NCBI GenBank assembly: GCA_045106895.1 | Contig: JBGCFM010000001.1 | Span: 1-64,000 of the forward strand | Source of the DNA: Polyangiales bacterium | Lineage (GTDB): Bacteria; Myxococcota_A; Polyangia; Polyangiales; Houyiibacteriaceae | Length of the DNA: 64,000 bases | Direction: 5' to 3' | Shown: piece by piece, positions 37,697-47,285 of the stretch | Layout of the letters: each line of letters starts with the position of its first letter | Position numbering within the stretch: the stretch's first letter is position 1 | Notes under the pieces: generated by a model | What the model was told of the DNA's origin: nothing | Database searches by the model: none | What the model saw: the letters and a program-made list of their open reading frames with translations, nothing else | Translations under genes and position numbers: made by a program

Positions 37697-38691
37697 GTTT
37701 TGCCGAAAGCGCCCCCCCCGACGCATTCAGCGGGATCTTTGCGCAGGACCTCGTGCTTCGGACGCTCCGGCACGCTGTGCAAAACGAACGAATCGCGAGC
37801 GCGTACCTCTTCGAGGGCCCTAGCGGCATCGGCAAAGAGCGTGTCGCGCTTGCACTAGCGAAGACCGTCATCGGCGAAGAGAGCGCTCGACGCATCGACG
37901 AGGGCAAGCACCCGGACGTGCGTATTTTCCATCCGCGTGATGAAGGCCACCGGAACATCAAGGTGGAAATGCTCCGGGATGAAATCCTCCCCTACGCGGA
38001 GTTTGCGCCCTTTGAGGCGAAGGCCGCCTTTCTGATTTTCCCCGAAGCGGACGTCAGCTTTCCAGAGAACCACCCCGGTTCGGCCAACGCGCTCCTCAAG
38101 ACTCTAGAAGAGCCAAAGCCCGGGGTGACCTTCATCTTGCTCGCCGAGCGTCCTGACCGCCTGCTTCCGACGATTCGCTCGCGCTGCCAGTCCGTTCGTT
38201 TCTCGCGGCTTCCCGTCGAGGCCATCGAAAAGCTCCTCCGCGACTCCGGCGTGGATGCGGATCTGGCGCGCTCCGCCGCCGCACTCTCCGGCGGGCGTGC
38301 CGACCGAGCCCTGCAGCTGTGCGAGGACGACGCCGCCACGGAGCTTCTCGATTTTGCCATACGCATCGACGAAGCGACTCGAGGCACACGGCCCGGCGCG
38401 CTCCTCGACGTGGCCGAAGAGCTCGTAAAAAGGAAGAACGTCGGGCTCGCCTTGGAGGGGCTCTCGCTCTTCTATCGCGACCTGGTCCGCATCGACCTCG
38501 GCTTCGCCGATGAGGCCTTGGCGTTTCGCAGCGAAGCGACCCAAATGCGCGAACGCGCGCGGACCACAACCGCCTCTCAGGCCTCCGGACGTGCGGGGCT
38601 GCTCCGCCAGGCGAGCGAAGCGCTCGAAGCCAATGGCAACCGCCAGGTGGTCCTCGACTCCCTCATGTTTCGACTCCGGCAGGTCCGTTAA
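37693..38691 (+). CDS. holB: DNA polymerase III subunit delta'
   Basis: AYLFEGPSGIGK, HPDV, SANALLKTLEEP, LLPTIRSRCQ. Confidence 0.9.
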   Translation: MSFAESAPPDAFSGIFAQDLVLRTLRHAVQNERIASAYLFEGPSGIGKERVALALAKTVIGEESARRIDEGKHPDVRIFHPRDEGHRNIKVEMLRDEILPYAEFAPFEAKAAFLIFPEADVSFPENHPGSANALLKTLEEPKPGVTFILLAERPDRLLPTIRSRCQSVRFSRLPVEAIEKLLRDSGVDADLARSAAALSGGRADRALQLCEDDAATELLDFAIRIDEATRGTRPGALLDVAEELVKRKNVGLALEGLSLFYRDLVRIDLGFADEALAFRSEATQMRERARTTTASQASGRAGLLRQASEALEANGNRQVVLDSLMFRLRQVR

Positions 38692-38765
38692 CGTTCAGCG
38701 GGGGGAACGGCGCTTTCGACTGGCGGGCGTGAAACACACTGCCAAACTGCCGCCGAAGACCTTCC

Positions 38766-39809
38766 ATGCGCGCATTCTCGACACTCGGGCCCCTCGCCCC
38801 CAACTTCGACGCGGCGCTTCGCGACGTGAACGCCAAGGGCGGTGAATTCCGAGAAGCGGCGGCACGCGTCCTCGGCGACCCACCCGCTGGCCGCGAAACC
38901 GAGGCTCGTGATGGGCTCATCTCTCTACTCTCAGACGTCTTCGGACCCATCCGCGCCCTCGCCGCCGATGGCCTCGGAAACGTCGGCGACGAGCTCGACC
39001 TAGAACTCCTCCTCGCGTCCACGGAGGACGAACACGCGGACGCCCGCGCCTCCTCCATCCTCGCCGCAGCGAAACTCGACCCCTCGGAGGCTCTGTGGAT
39101 TGAGAGCAAGCTCGAGGACGAACACCCACGGGTTCGCATCGCCGCCCTCGACGCCCTGGAGACAAAGCGCCCTGCGGCGGCCATCGTGGCATCTAGACGC
39201 TTCCTGGAGGCCGACCCCTACGACTCCGTTCGAATCGCCGCGGCGGTGCTCGTAGGGAGCATCGAGGACCTCGGGGTGGCTCGAGCGGAGACCGTCCAGG
39301 CGTTGAAGGATGTCCTTCATAGCGGGCCGGACTTGGCCCGCAGTGCCGCTCTGAGCCTCGCTCAGCTGGGCGACACCTCCGGCGAGCGACAACTTATCGA
39401 CGCACTTCATGATGGTCCCTGGCGCCTCGCCGCCATCGACGGTCTGGGGCTCTTCTCGTCGCCGGCGAGCGCCGACGCCTTAGCCGAGGTGGGCGAGCGC
39501 CTCTTCGCGAGCCTCATCGACCGCGCCGCCAGCGCGGCGGCGCTGGCAAAACGAGGAGACGCGCGAGCTGTGCCGATTCTACGCCGCGTTCTTAGCGCCT
39601 GGCGCGCCGATGGCCGTGACTACGCGTTGTTCACCATCGCCGAGCATCGCATGAGCGAGCTGCTCCCGGAGCTGCTGCCCTTCGTGGACAGGTTGCGGGG
39701 CGCGTCGCCTTCCGCCGTCGCCCGCGCGCTCAGCGCCATCGACGACCCGCGTGCGAAAGAAGCCCTCGGGCGACTCGAATCGAAACACCCACAGAAGCTG
39801 GAATCGTGA
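38766..39809 (+). CDS. HEAT-repeat protein
   Basis: Repeated L.D....VR.AA..AL helical motifs. Confidence 0.75.
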   Translation: MRAFSTLGPLAPNFDAALRDVNAKGGEFREAAARVLGDPPAGRETEARDGLISLLSDVFGPIRALAADGLGNVGDELDLELLLASTEDEHADARASSILAAAKLDPSEALWIESKLEDEHPRVRIAALDALETKRPAAAIVASRRFLEADPYDSVRIAAAVLVGSIEDLGVARAETVQALKDVLHSGPDLARSAALSLAQLGDTSGERQLIDALHDGPWRLAAIDGLGLFSSPASADALAEVGERLFASLIDRAASAAALAKRGDARAVPILRRVLSAWRADGRDYALFTIAEHRMSELLPELLPFVDRLRGASPSAVARALSAIDDPRAKEALGRLESKHPQKLES

Positions 39810-40627
39810 CCGACCCGACGATGATCGCCCCGCTCTTCGACACTCACTGTCACCTGGACCACGCCAAGTTCAGCGGGGAGGTGGATGAAGTCATGGCCCG
39901 GGCCAAGGCCGTGGGCATGTGGCGAATGACAACCATCGGATGCGCGCGCGGACCCGACGAGCCTTGGGGCGCCATCGACATCGCCCGCGCGCACGACTGG
40001 ATCGTTGCGACGGCCGGCGTGCACCCACACGACGCCCACGCGTTCTCGGAATTGGACCTCTCGACGGTGGAAAACGTCGCCGAAGACGAGAACGTGGTCG
40101 CGATCGGCGAGATGGGTCTCGACTATCACTACGACAAGAGCCCCCGCGAGCTCCAGCGCGAAGTCTTCCGCCGACAGGTCGCTTTGGCGCGTGCGGTGAA
40201 GAAACCTATCGTGGTCCACTCCCGCGAGGCACGCGCGGACACTTTGGACATCCTGCGCGAAGAAAACGCACGGGATGTCGGCGGCATCATCCACTGTTTC
40301 AGCGAAGACCCGGATTTCGCCAAGGCCGCCCTCGACCTTGGTTTCGTCTCAAGCTTCAGCGGGATCGTGACCTTCAAGAGCGCGGTGGATATTCAGCAGG
40401 CCGCCAAAGCACAGCCCCTCGACGCCATCCTCGTCGAGACAGATGCACCTTATCTGGCGCCAATCCCGTTCCGCGGAAAGCGAAACGAGCCTTCCTATGC
40501 AGCTCGTACGCTGGAGTTTATCGCAGAACTTCGCGGGGAAAGCGTGGAGGCTCTGAGGCTGGCAACAAGCCGTAATGCGGCACGAATTTTCGGGATGGAG
40601 CCCCCGCCCGACCTAATTAGCGCTTGA
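39806..40627 (+). CDS. tatD: TatD family hydrolase
   Basis: DTHCHL, GVHPH, IGEMGLDY, VHSRE, HCFS, ETDAPYL, RGKRNEP. Confidence 0.95.
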   Translation: MTDPTMIAPLFDTHCHLDHAKFSGEVDEVMARAKAVGMWRMTTIGCARGPDEPWGAIDIARAHDWIVATAGVHPHDAHAFSELDLSTVENVAEDENVVAIGEMGLDYHYDKSPRELQREVFRRQVALARAVKKPIVVHSREARADTLDILREENARDVGGIIHCFSEDPDFAKAALDLGFVSSFSGIVTFKSAVDIQQAAKAQPLDAILVETDAPYLAPIPFRGKRNEPSYAARTLEFIAELRGESVEALRLATSRNAARIFGMEPPPDLISA

Positions 40628-40651
40628 CGGATAGGCCCCCCTCGTTAAGGT
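40624..40651 (+). promoter_or_regulatory. Putative sigma70 promoter for rplC
   Basis: TTGACG-N16-TAAGGT overlapping the tatD stop. Confidence 0.5.
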
Positions 40652-40687
40652 GCCGTCCCTCGCCTGTAGAAGGCCCTGGAGAAGTTT

Positions 40688-41359
40688 GTGAATAATACTG
40701 TTGGCCTAATCGGCAAAAAGCTCGGAAACACTCAGATTTTTACGGACACCGGCGAAATCCGCCGCGTGACTGTGGTCGCTACTGGCCCGTGTGTTGTCCT
40801 CGGAAAGCGCACCATCGAAGCGCACGGCTACTCGGCTGTCCTTCTTGGGTTCGGTGAAAAACGAACCAAGAGCGTCAATAAGCCAGAAGCTGGCTTCTAC
40901 GCGAAGATCGACCAGAAGCCCGCTCAGACCGTTCGCGAGATTCGGCTCCCCGCCGAGACCGTCGAAGGCTACGAGCTGGGTCAGACGCTGAAGGCGTCGG
41001 ACCTCTTCGAAGAGGGTCAGTTCGTCGACGTGACCGGCACCTCCAAGGGCAACGGCTACACCGGTGTCATGAAGCGCCACAACTTCGCTGGTTACAAAGC
41101 GACGCATGGTCAGCACGAGTCCCATCGTCACGGTGGCTCCATCGGCATGAACATGACGCCCGGTCGTACCTTCAAGGGTAAGAAGATGGCGGGTCAGAGC
41201 GGAAACGAACGCGTGACCGTTCAGAGCCTCAAGGTTGTGAAGGTCATGGCGGAAGAGGGCTTCGTCCTCGTCGCTGGCTCCGTTCCCGGCCCCAAGGGCG
41301 GAATCGTCACGGTGCGCAAAGCGGTCAAGAAGGCCTCAAAGCGCCCCATCGAAGCGTAA
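40688..41359 (+). CDS. rplC: 50S ribosomal protein L3
   Basis: GLIGKKLGNTQIF, VDVTGTSKGNGYTGVMKRHNF, FKGKKMAG, GSVPGPKG. Confidence 0.98.
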   Translation: MNNTVGLIGKKLGNTQIFTDTGEIRRVTVVATGPCVVLGKRTIEAHGYSAVLLGFGEKRTKSVNKPEAGFYAKIDQKPAQTVREIRLPAETVEGYELGQTLKASDLFEEGQFVDVTGTSKGNGYTGVMKRHNFAGYKATHGQHESHRHGGSIGMNMTPGRTFKGKKMAGQSGNERVTVQSLKVVKVMAEEGFVLVAGSVPGPKGGIVTVRKAVKKASKRPIEA

Positions 41360-41995
41360 GTGGGCAGGCATCGCCGGTCGCGTGGCGGCGGCCGCGGCGG
41401 CCAAGACATTTACACGAAGCGCGCACTCAAAGAGGGCTATCCAGCCCGCTCTGTTTACAAGCTTGAAGAGATCGACCGAAGGGTCGGTCTTTTTCGTCCT
41501 GGGATGCGTGTGTTGGACCTCGGCGCAGCCCCGGGCAGCTGGACGCTCTATGCCGCCAAGAAGGTCGGCAAGAACGGGCGTGTCTTGGGTATTGACCTCC
41601 AAGAGCAGCGAACAGGCCTTCCCCCAAACGCGACCTTCCGCGTCGGCGACATGTACGAGGAGACCGTTGAATCACTCGAAGGGCCCTTCGACGTCGTGAT
41701 CAGCGATATGGCTCCGGACACCTCCGGCCAACGCGACGCGGATATGTACCGGAGCTACGAGTTGGTCCTCGGCGCGTTGCGTCTCGCCGAAGGCACGCTC
41801 GTCCCCGGCGGAAAGTTCGTCGCGAAGATCTTCCAAGGCGCCGAGTACGAAGACGCCCGAGCCGAGTGCCGCAAGTCGTTTGAGAAGGTCAGAACCCTCC
41901 GGCCCAAGGCGACGAAGGACATCAGCTACGAGGTCTTCCTCGTCGGCATCGGGTTCAAACCGCCGGCGCCGCCCGAGAGCGACGAGAGCGAGTAG
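41360..41995 (+). CDS. rlmE: 23S rRNA Um2552 methyltransferase RlmE/FtsJ
   Basis: YPARSVYKLEEID, LDLGAAPGSW, SDMAP, FVAKIFQG, SYEVF. Confidence 0.95.
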   Translation: MGRHRRSRGGGRGGQDIYTKRALKEGYPARSVYKLEEIDRRVGLFRPGMRVLDLGAAPGSWTLYAAKKVGKNGRVLGIDLQEQRTGLPPNATFRVGDMYEETVESLEGPFDVVISDMAPDTSGQRDADMYRSYELVLGALRLAEGTLVPGGKFVAKIFQGAEYEDARAECRKSFEKVRTLRPKATKDISYEVFLVGIGFKPPAPPESDESE

Positions 41996-42001
41996 CTTCG
42001 C

Positions 42002-43015
42002 TCAGCGCATCCGGCGCGCCGCAGCGAGATGGGCCGTCACCCGCTCTGCGTATCGACCGTCGGGCTCGAGCGCCAAGTAGCGCTCGAAATGCGTGATCGC
42101 CGGCCCGTATTCCGCGCGGGCCGCGAGCATGCTGCCGAGGAGGTAGTGCGCCGTGGCGAAGGAGTCGTCCATGGCAAGCGCCTGCGTCAGGGCTCGCTCC
42201 GCGCCCTCCCCGTCGTCGTTTGCTCGGCGAGCGAGGGCGAGTTCCGAAAGGAGCGCCGGCGACGGCTCGCTGGCTTCGATGGCCATCTCCATTGCGCGAA
42301 CTGCCGCGTCGAACTGTTCCGCGCGGCGGAGCCCATTTCCAATGGCGACGAGGGCCGGCGCATCCCCGCGCGCGAGAGGCAGCGCGCGTCGAAGCTCAAT
42401 GGCGGCTTGGTCCGTGTTGTCGAGACTCAAGTAGATCAAGCCGAGGTTCGCGCGCGCCGCGGCATCCTCCGGCAAGAGGCGGACAGCCCGCTGATACGCG
42501 TCTTTGGCCCCCTCGATTTCCCCGTTCTCTTCACGGGCAAACGCCAAGTTCAGCCAGGCTTCGCCGTACTGTGGACGTAGAGTCACCGCGCGATCGAGAA
42601 GCACCGCCGCTTCGTCTGGGCGCTGCTGGTCACGCAGCAGGAGGCCCAAGTTGTTGAGCGCTTCCGGGAACTCCGGGTCGAGGCGAAGCGATTCCCGATA
42701 AGAAGCTTCGGCGGCCGGATAGTCGTTCTGAAGCTCAAGAACGAGGCCCAGGTCGAGGTGGGCGCGAGGATCTTCCGGCGTCGCCGCGATGGCCCCTTCG
42801 AAGGCAGCCTGCGCGCCCGGCAGGTCGCCACCAGCGAGCTTCCGCTCGCCTGCGCTGACCGCATCGCTCGCGGGATGTCGCTCGGGCTCAAGAGCCGCCT
42901 CCTCGTCGGGAAACATGATGTCTTCGTCGCCGCTTGAAGTGGTCGTCCCCGCGTCGGCGGGAGGACAGCCGGTGAGAAGCAGGATGGTTAGCCAGTGGCT
43001 CTTGTAGGCGTTCAT
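42002..43015 (-). CDS. TPR lipoprotein
   Basis: Lipobox LLTGC; about 7 TPR units (e.g. EALNNLGLLL, EAWLNLA). Confidence 0.85.
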   Translation of the reverse strand: MNAYKSHWLTILLLTGCPPADAGTTTSSGDEDIMFPDEEAALEPERHPASDAVSAGERKLAGGDLPGAQAAFEGAIAATPEDPRAHLDLGLVLELQNDYPAAEASYRESLRLDPEFPEALNNLGLLLRDQQRPDEAAVLLDRAVTLRPQYGEAWLNLAFAREENGEIEGAKDAYQRAVRLLPEDAAARANLGLIYLSLDNTDQAAIELRRALPLARGDAPALVAIGNGLRRAEQFDAAVRAMEMAIEASEPSPALLSELALARRANDDGEGAERALTQALAMDDSFATAHYLLGSMLAARAEYGPAITHFERYLALEPDGRYAERVTAHLAAARRMR

Positions 43016-43022
43016 AGGGTTC

Positions 43023-45749
43023 TCAGTGCAAAGGCGAAGGTTCGCTTTTGTCGCTCAACACGCCAAGGGCGCGCAGCAACTCTTGTTCTATGTGCTCAAG
43101 GCGCTCCGCGTCTACGACCTTTCGCCCTTCGTGGTCGAGAACGTAGAACACGTCGGCGACGCGTTCGCCCTCGGTGTTCACCTTCGCCAGGTCGATGGTG
43201 AGCTCCGCCTCAGCGAGAGTCCGCGTGATGGTATGCAGAACGCCCACACGGTCTCGGGTGAAGACCTCGATGAGCGTGTGCCGGGGCGAGGCGCCATTGT
43301 CGATGGTAACGCCGGTAGGAATCTCTGGGCTATGTTTGAGTGACCACGCGGGCGCCTTGGGGATCTGCTCCAGGAGTTCGTCGGAGCTTTTATTTCCGTG
43401 CACGAGCTCAACAAGCGCCGTCTCGAGCTTCGCGCGAAGACGCTGATCCAGGCGCGAGCGCTCGCCATCTGCGACGGGACGGCCTTCGCGGGCGCGACGG
43501 ACCCAGAGAACATCGAGGGCGTTGTCGCCTAACGTGTAGACCTGAGCGCCGACGACGCCGACATGATGCGCGGCCAACACGGCGCACACGTCGGCGAGCA
43601 ACCCCGGACGGTCGTCGGCCCAAAGGACGAGTTCGCTCACGCCGTCACTCGGCCCCGGACCAAGTCCCAGTGCAAAGCCGCCAGCATCGCGGACGAAACG
43701 CGCGTGACGCCGAATCGCGTCGGCGTCGTTGGCGAGGACGTAACGGTCCGGAAGCCGTCGCACGAAGGCACGAAGCACAGCTTCCCCCTCATCGCCGACA
43801 AACCCCACCTCGACGTCGGCGCGCAAAGACGCTGCACGCCCCGAGATGCTCCCGCCTTCCAACGTGAGGGCGAGCGCGAAGTAGAGGTCATCGAGGACGC
43901 GCGCTTTCCAGGATGTCATCGCCGATGGATTTGTCGTCGAGAGAATGGCTACGGTGAGCAGGTAGAGGTCCCTTAGCCGCTCCACGCTCTCCACGTTCTC
44001 CGCCAACTCCTGGACAACCGCCGGGTCGCTCGTGTCGCGTCGCGTCGCCCAGCGGTAGAAGGTGTGTCGCTCCTTGAGGAGCCATTGAATGTGCGACGCG
44101 TCCGCCCTCCCGAACCCCAGCCGCTCTACCACCGGTGCGCTGAGCGCCGCCGTGGCGTCCACGGGGCCGTGGCCTTCGACCTTCCCGAGCGCGTGGAGAA
44201 ACGCTGCCACGAGGAGCGGCGCCTTTCGGGATGCCTCCGCAGCGGCTCGAGATGCAAGGCCAAGGTGGGGGAAACGTTTGCCCCGGGCCAGCCCGCGGAG
44301 CCGGTCCAAGGCTCGAACCGCGTGCACATCGAATGTGTACACATGATAGACATCGTGGATCACCCTGCCGACGAGAGGCTCGAGTTCCGGGATCATCGCC
44401 GTCGTGAGCCGAACATCGTGAAGCTCTGCTGCAAGCGAAGTGCGCTGCACACCAGAACGGCCGGTCGCCGTAAGCAGTCGTACAAAGAGCGGACCAGCTT
44501 CGGGATCGGCACGCAAACGTGCGGACCACTCCGGGTCCGCCGCGGCCCGAGCAATCGCGTCTCGGGAGAACCCATAAGGAGGCTTCTTCGCTCGAAGCAC
44601 CTGCTCGTAGAGTTTGAGCGCCAGGACCGGGGTATCTTGAAGCGCACGGGTTTGTTCGAAGGTTATCTGCCCGGCAAACTCCGCGATACCTCCACCCAAA
44701 GTTCGCAGCGGGGCGCGTGTTCTTCGCGGCGGAGTGAGCGCCCGCTCCAGAAGGCGCTCCGAGGTCTGAGCGACAATCCCCGCGTGCCGGTAATACGTCT
44801 GCATGAACTGTTCGACGGCCAGTGTAATGCCATCGCTGAACCCCAAATCGTACGCCAGCTCTTCTTGGTCGCTGAACGTAAGGCGGTCCTGCTGACGCCC
44901 CGCCCGCGCGTGAAGCCGGGAGCGGACCTGCCAGAGAAACTCGCGGGCGGACACGAGGGGACTGAGTTCGTGCCCTGGAAGAACGCCACGCCGCGCAAAG
45001 TCGCCAATACCCTGCGTGTTCCATCGCGCGTTCGCGGCCCACATCGCTACGTCCAGGTCCCGCAGTCCGCCCCGCCCGAGCTTCACGTCCGGCTCGAGGA
45101 GATGCAGAGAGTCCCCGAAACGTTTGTGGCGGGCACGAGTGTCGCTCTGCAGTGCGGCGAGAAACGTCGAGAGCCTTGGACCAAACACGTGGCGCCTGGC
45201 TCCGCTTGCCAGCTCGCTCATCAGCGCCCGCTCGCCGGCGATCATTCGAAGATCGATGAGGGTGGTCGTCGTTCGCACGTCCTCGGCGGCGAGGGCGAGC
45301 GTCTCTTCGATGCCGCGGACGACGTGACCGATCTCAACGCCGAGATCCCAGAGCGGGTAGAGCAGCCCCTCCGCGACTTGTTGAACGTAGCGCGAGCTGG
45401 GATCGTCGCACAGAAAGAGAATATCGATGTCCGAGCGCAGGCCGAGGAGACCTCGTCCGTATCCGCCAACGGCGACCAGGGCGAGGCGAGAGCGCGACGC
45501 GTCAAGCTGCCGCGCGCGTGCGTCCGTCGCGCAAAAGAGCGCGCCCAAGAGGCCGTCGAGGACACGTGAAAACGCCTGACCTGCTTTCACGGCGCCCCCG
45601 CCTCCGTCAATGGCATCGCGATACTCTTGTCGGTACCGCTGCAGGTAGTCCCCGCATGTCGCGTCGAGGTCTGGAGCCAAGCGACGAAGAAGAATCGATG
45701 GCTCGCCGGTCACGGATGAGCAGTATGGCAGCGCCTCCACAGGCGGCAA
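43023..45749 (-). CDS. glnD: [Protein-PII] uridylyltransferase with degenerate HD domain
   Basis: AVGGYGR...SDIDIL, LEPDVKLGRGGLRD, two ACT domains (DRPGLL; DRVGVL...TEGERVADVFYV). Start uncertain. Confidence 0.93.
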   Translation of the reverse strand: MPPVEALPYCSSVTGEPSILLRRLAPDLDATCGDYLQRYRQEYRDAIDGGGGAVKAGQAFSRVLDGLLGALFCATDARARQLDASRSRLALVAVGGYGRGLLGLRSDIDILFLCDDPSSRYVQQVAEGLLYPLWDLGVEIGHVVRGIEETLALAAEDVRTTTTLIDLRMIAGERALMSELASGARRHVFGPRLSTFLAALQSDTRARHKRFGDSLHLLEPDVKLGRGGLRDLDVAMWAANARWNTQGIGDFARRGVLPGHELSPLVSAREFLWQVRSRLHARAGRQQDRLTFSDQEELAYDLGFSDGITLAVEQFMQTYYRHAGIVAQTSERLLERALTPPRRTRAPLRTLGGGIAEFAGQITFEQTRALQDTPVLALKLYEQVLRAKKPPYGFSRDAIARAAADPEWSARLRADPEAGPLFVRLLTATGRSGVQRTSLAAELHDVRLTTAMIPELEPLVGRVIHDVYHVYTFDVHAVRALDRLRGLARGKRFPHLGLASRAAAEASRKAPLLVAAFLHALGKVEGHGPVDATAALSAPVVERLGFGRADASHIQWLLKERHTFYRWATRRDTSDPAVVQELAENVESVERLRDLYLLTVAILSTTNPSAMTSWKARVLDDLYFALALTLEGGSISGRAASLRADVEVGFVGDEGEAVLRAFVRRLPDRYVLANDADAIRRHARFVRDAGGFALGLGPGPSDGVSELVLWADDRPGLLADVCAVLAAHHVGVVGAQVYTLGDNALDVLWVRRAREGRPVADGERSRLDQRLRAKLETALVELVHGNKSSDELLEQIPKAPAWSLKHSPEIPTGVTIDNGASPRHTLIEVFTRDRVGVLHTITRTLAEAELTIDLAKVNTEGERVADVFYVLDHEGRKVVDAERLEHIEQELLRALGVLSDKSEPSPLH

Positions 45750-45773
45750 GGACGCGTGGCCTTTCGAAAAGTT

Positions 45774-47237
45774 CTACTCCGTCGGCTCCTCCGGTCGACT
45801 GAGATACTCGAGAATTCCCTCAGCGATTCCATCCGAGAGGCGCTCTCGGTAGACCTCGGTCCTCAGCGCTTCCGCTTCGTCGGGCTTCGTCAGAAAAGAC
45901 GCCTCTAGGAGAATCGCCGGCATTCGCGCGCCTACGAGAACATAAAACATCGCGGACTTGACGCCTCGGTCTGGAATCCGCGGGAGGATCGTACGAGCGC
46001 CCGCGAGCGTGCTCTGGTGTACGGCTGCGGCGAGGGCACGAGATTGATCCAACTGACCTCGTCGGTGGATCCCTGCCAAGATTCGCTGAAGCCCCGTGAC
46101 TTCGTGCACACGTGTCCCATTCTCCCGCGCCGCGAGGCGTGCCGCCTGAATGTCGTCCCCGGTGTCCAACACAAAGGTGGTGATGCCGCCGCGGTACACT
46201 GTTTCGTTGAGAGCGTTGAGGTGAATGGACACAAAGAGATCCGCGCCAAGGGCGTTCGCTCGGGCCGCGCGGTCTTCCAGCGGCAGCTGAATATCGGCTT
46301 CACGCGTGAGGAACACTCGGGCGGATGGCGCTCGAGCACGGATGGCGACGGCTGTTCGCCGCGCAAGGTCGAGAACCAAGTTAGATTCCGTAAGCTCTTC
46401 GTATCGCGCTCCGGTCTCGACTCCGCCGTGACCTGGGTCAAGGACGATGACAGGCGCAACGTCGACATCCGCTCGCTCCGGAGGGAGCCCGATGTCCACC
46501 ACAAAACGAAGCGGCTCTTCGAAGGAAACTTCGTCCGTCGTCGCGCGGGCGTTGAGGTCGAAACGAATCTCATTGTGGGCAAAACGAATCGCTTGGATCG
46601 AATCCGCCCGCACAGGAATCTCCACGGGCACGTCATCTGCGCGCGAGAGCGAAGCGAATCGCATGCGAAGCACGCCTGGCGACTCCATTGTCTCGTGCTC
46701 GCAGCGGCCGCGCATACCACCGGAGACGTTCAGGAGAACTCGCACCGCTCCTGCACCGCTGTCGAGGGCACGCACGCGCAGCACCTCACAACGTGACGCC
46801 TCTTGGTCGATGCGCCCCTTCAACACATCAGGAACATCACTCGGCTCCGTATCGGAGCACCCATAAGCATACGCACGGTATTGCTGGCCGATAGCCTCAC
46901 CCTCTCCTTCGAAAGCCGAGAGGCGTTCCAGGGCGTCGCAGCTGTTCGCGAGCTCGCGCCACCCCGCGGCCCGCTCAAGCAACCCCTGAACGCGATCGCC
47001 TGTCTCCGCGAGCAGACCCGCGCGCTCTGCGAAATCCGCCGCGTCTATCGAAGCCTCTACGCCACGCTCGCTACGACTCGCAGCCTGCCCCTCAAAGTCA
47101 TCAAAACGTTCGAGATCGGCTGTGTGAAGGGCCTCCAGAGGGTCTGTTTCCGGAGGCTCCTCGCAGGAAAGGAAGAATACGGACAAGAAGACGTAGCACA
47201 GGCACCAAACCCCTCTCGCTGTCCCCAAACAACCCAT
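45774..47237 (-). CDS. N-acetylmuramoyl-L-alanine amidase (Amidase_3, AmiC-like), probable lipoprotein
   Basis: VLDPGHGG, LTRE, DLFVSIHLNA, LAAREN, FYVLVGARMPAILLEASFL. Confidence 0.9.
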   Translation of the reverse strand: MGCLGTARGVWCLCYVFLSVFFLSCEEPPETDPLEALHTADLERFDDFEGQAASRSERGVEASIDAADFAERAGLLAETGDRVQGLLERAAGWRELANSCDALERLSAFEGEGEAIGQQYRAYAYGCSDTEPSDVPDVLKGRIDQEASRCEVLRVRALDSGAGAVRVLLNVSGGMRGRCEHETMESPGVLRMRFASLSRADDVPVEIPVRADSIQAIRFAHNEIRFDLNARATTDEVSFEEPLRFVVDIGLPPERADVDVAPVIVLDPGHGGVETGARYEELTESNLVLDLARRTAVAIRARAPSARVFLTREADIQLPLEDRAARANALGADLFVSIHLNALNETVYRGGITTFVLDTGDDIQAARLAARENGTRVHEVTGLQRILAGIHRRGQLDQSRALAAAVHQSTLAGARTILPRIPDRGVKSAMFYVLVGARMPAILLEASFLTKPDEAEALRTEVYRERLSDGIAEGILEYLSRPEEPTE

Positions 47238-47285
47238 AATGGCTGGTTAGCAGGAAAGCAGCCGGCCATGCTATCGTCACCTCGC

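Noticed and set aside
46803..47285. Upstream extension of the 630-aa ORF
   Set aside because: Antisense to the amidase; ATG 47286 has a promoter-like motif just upstream.
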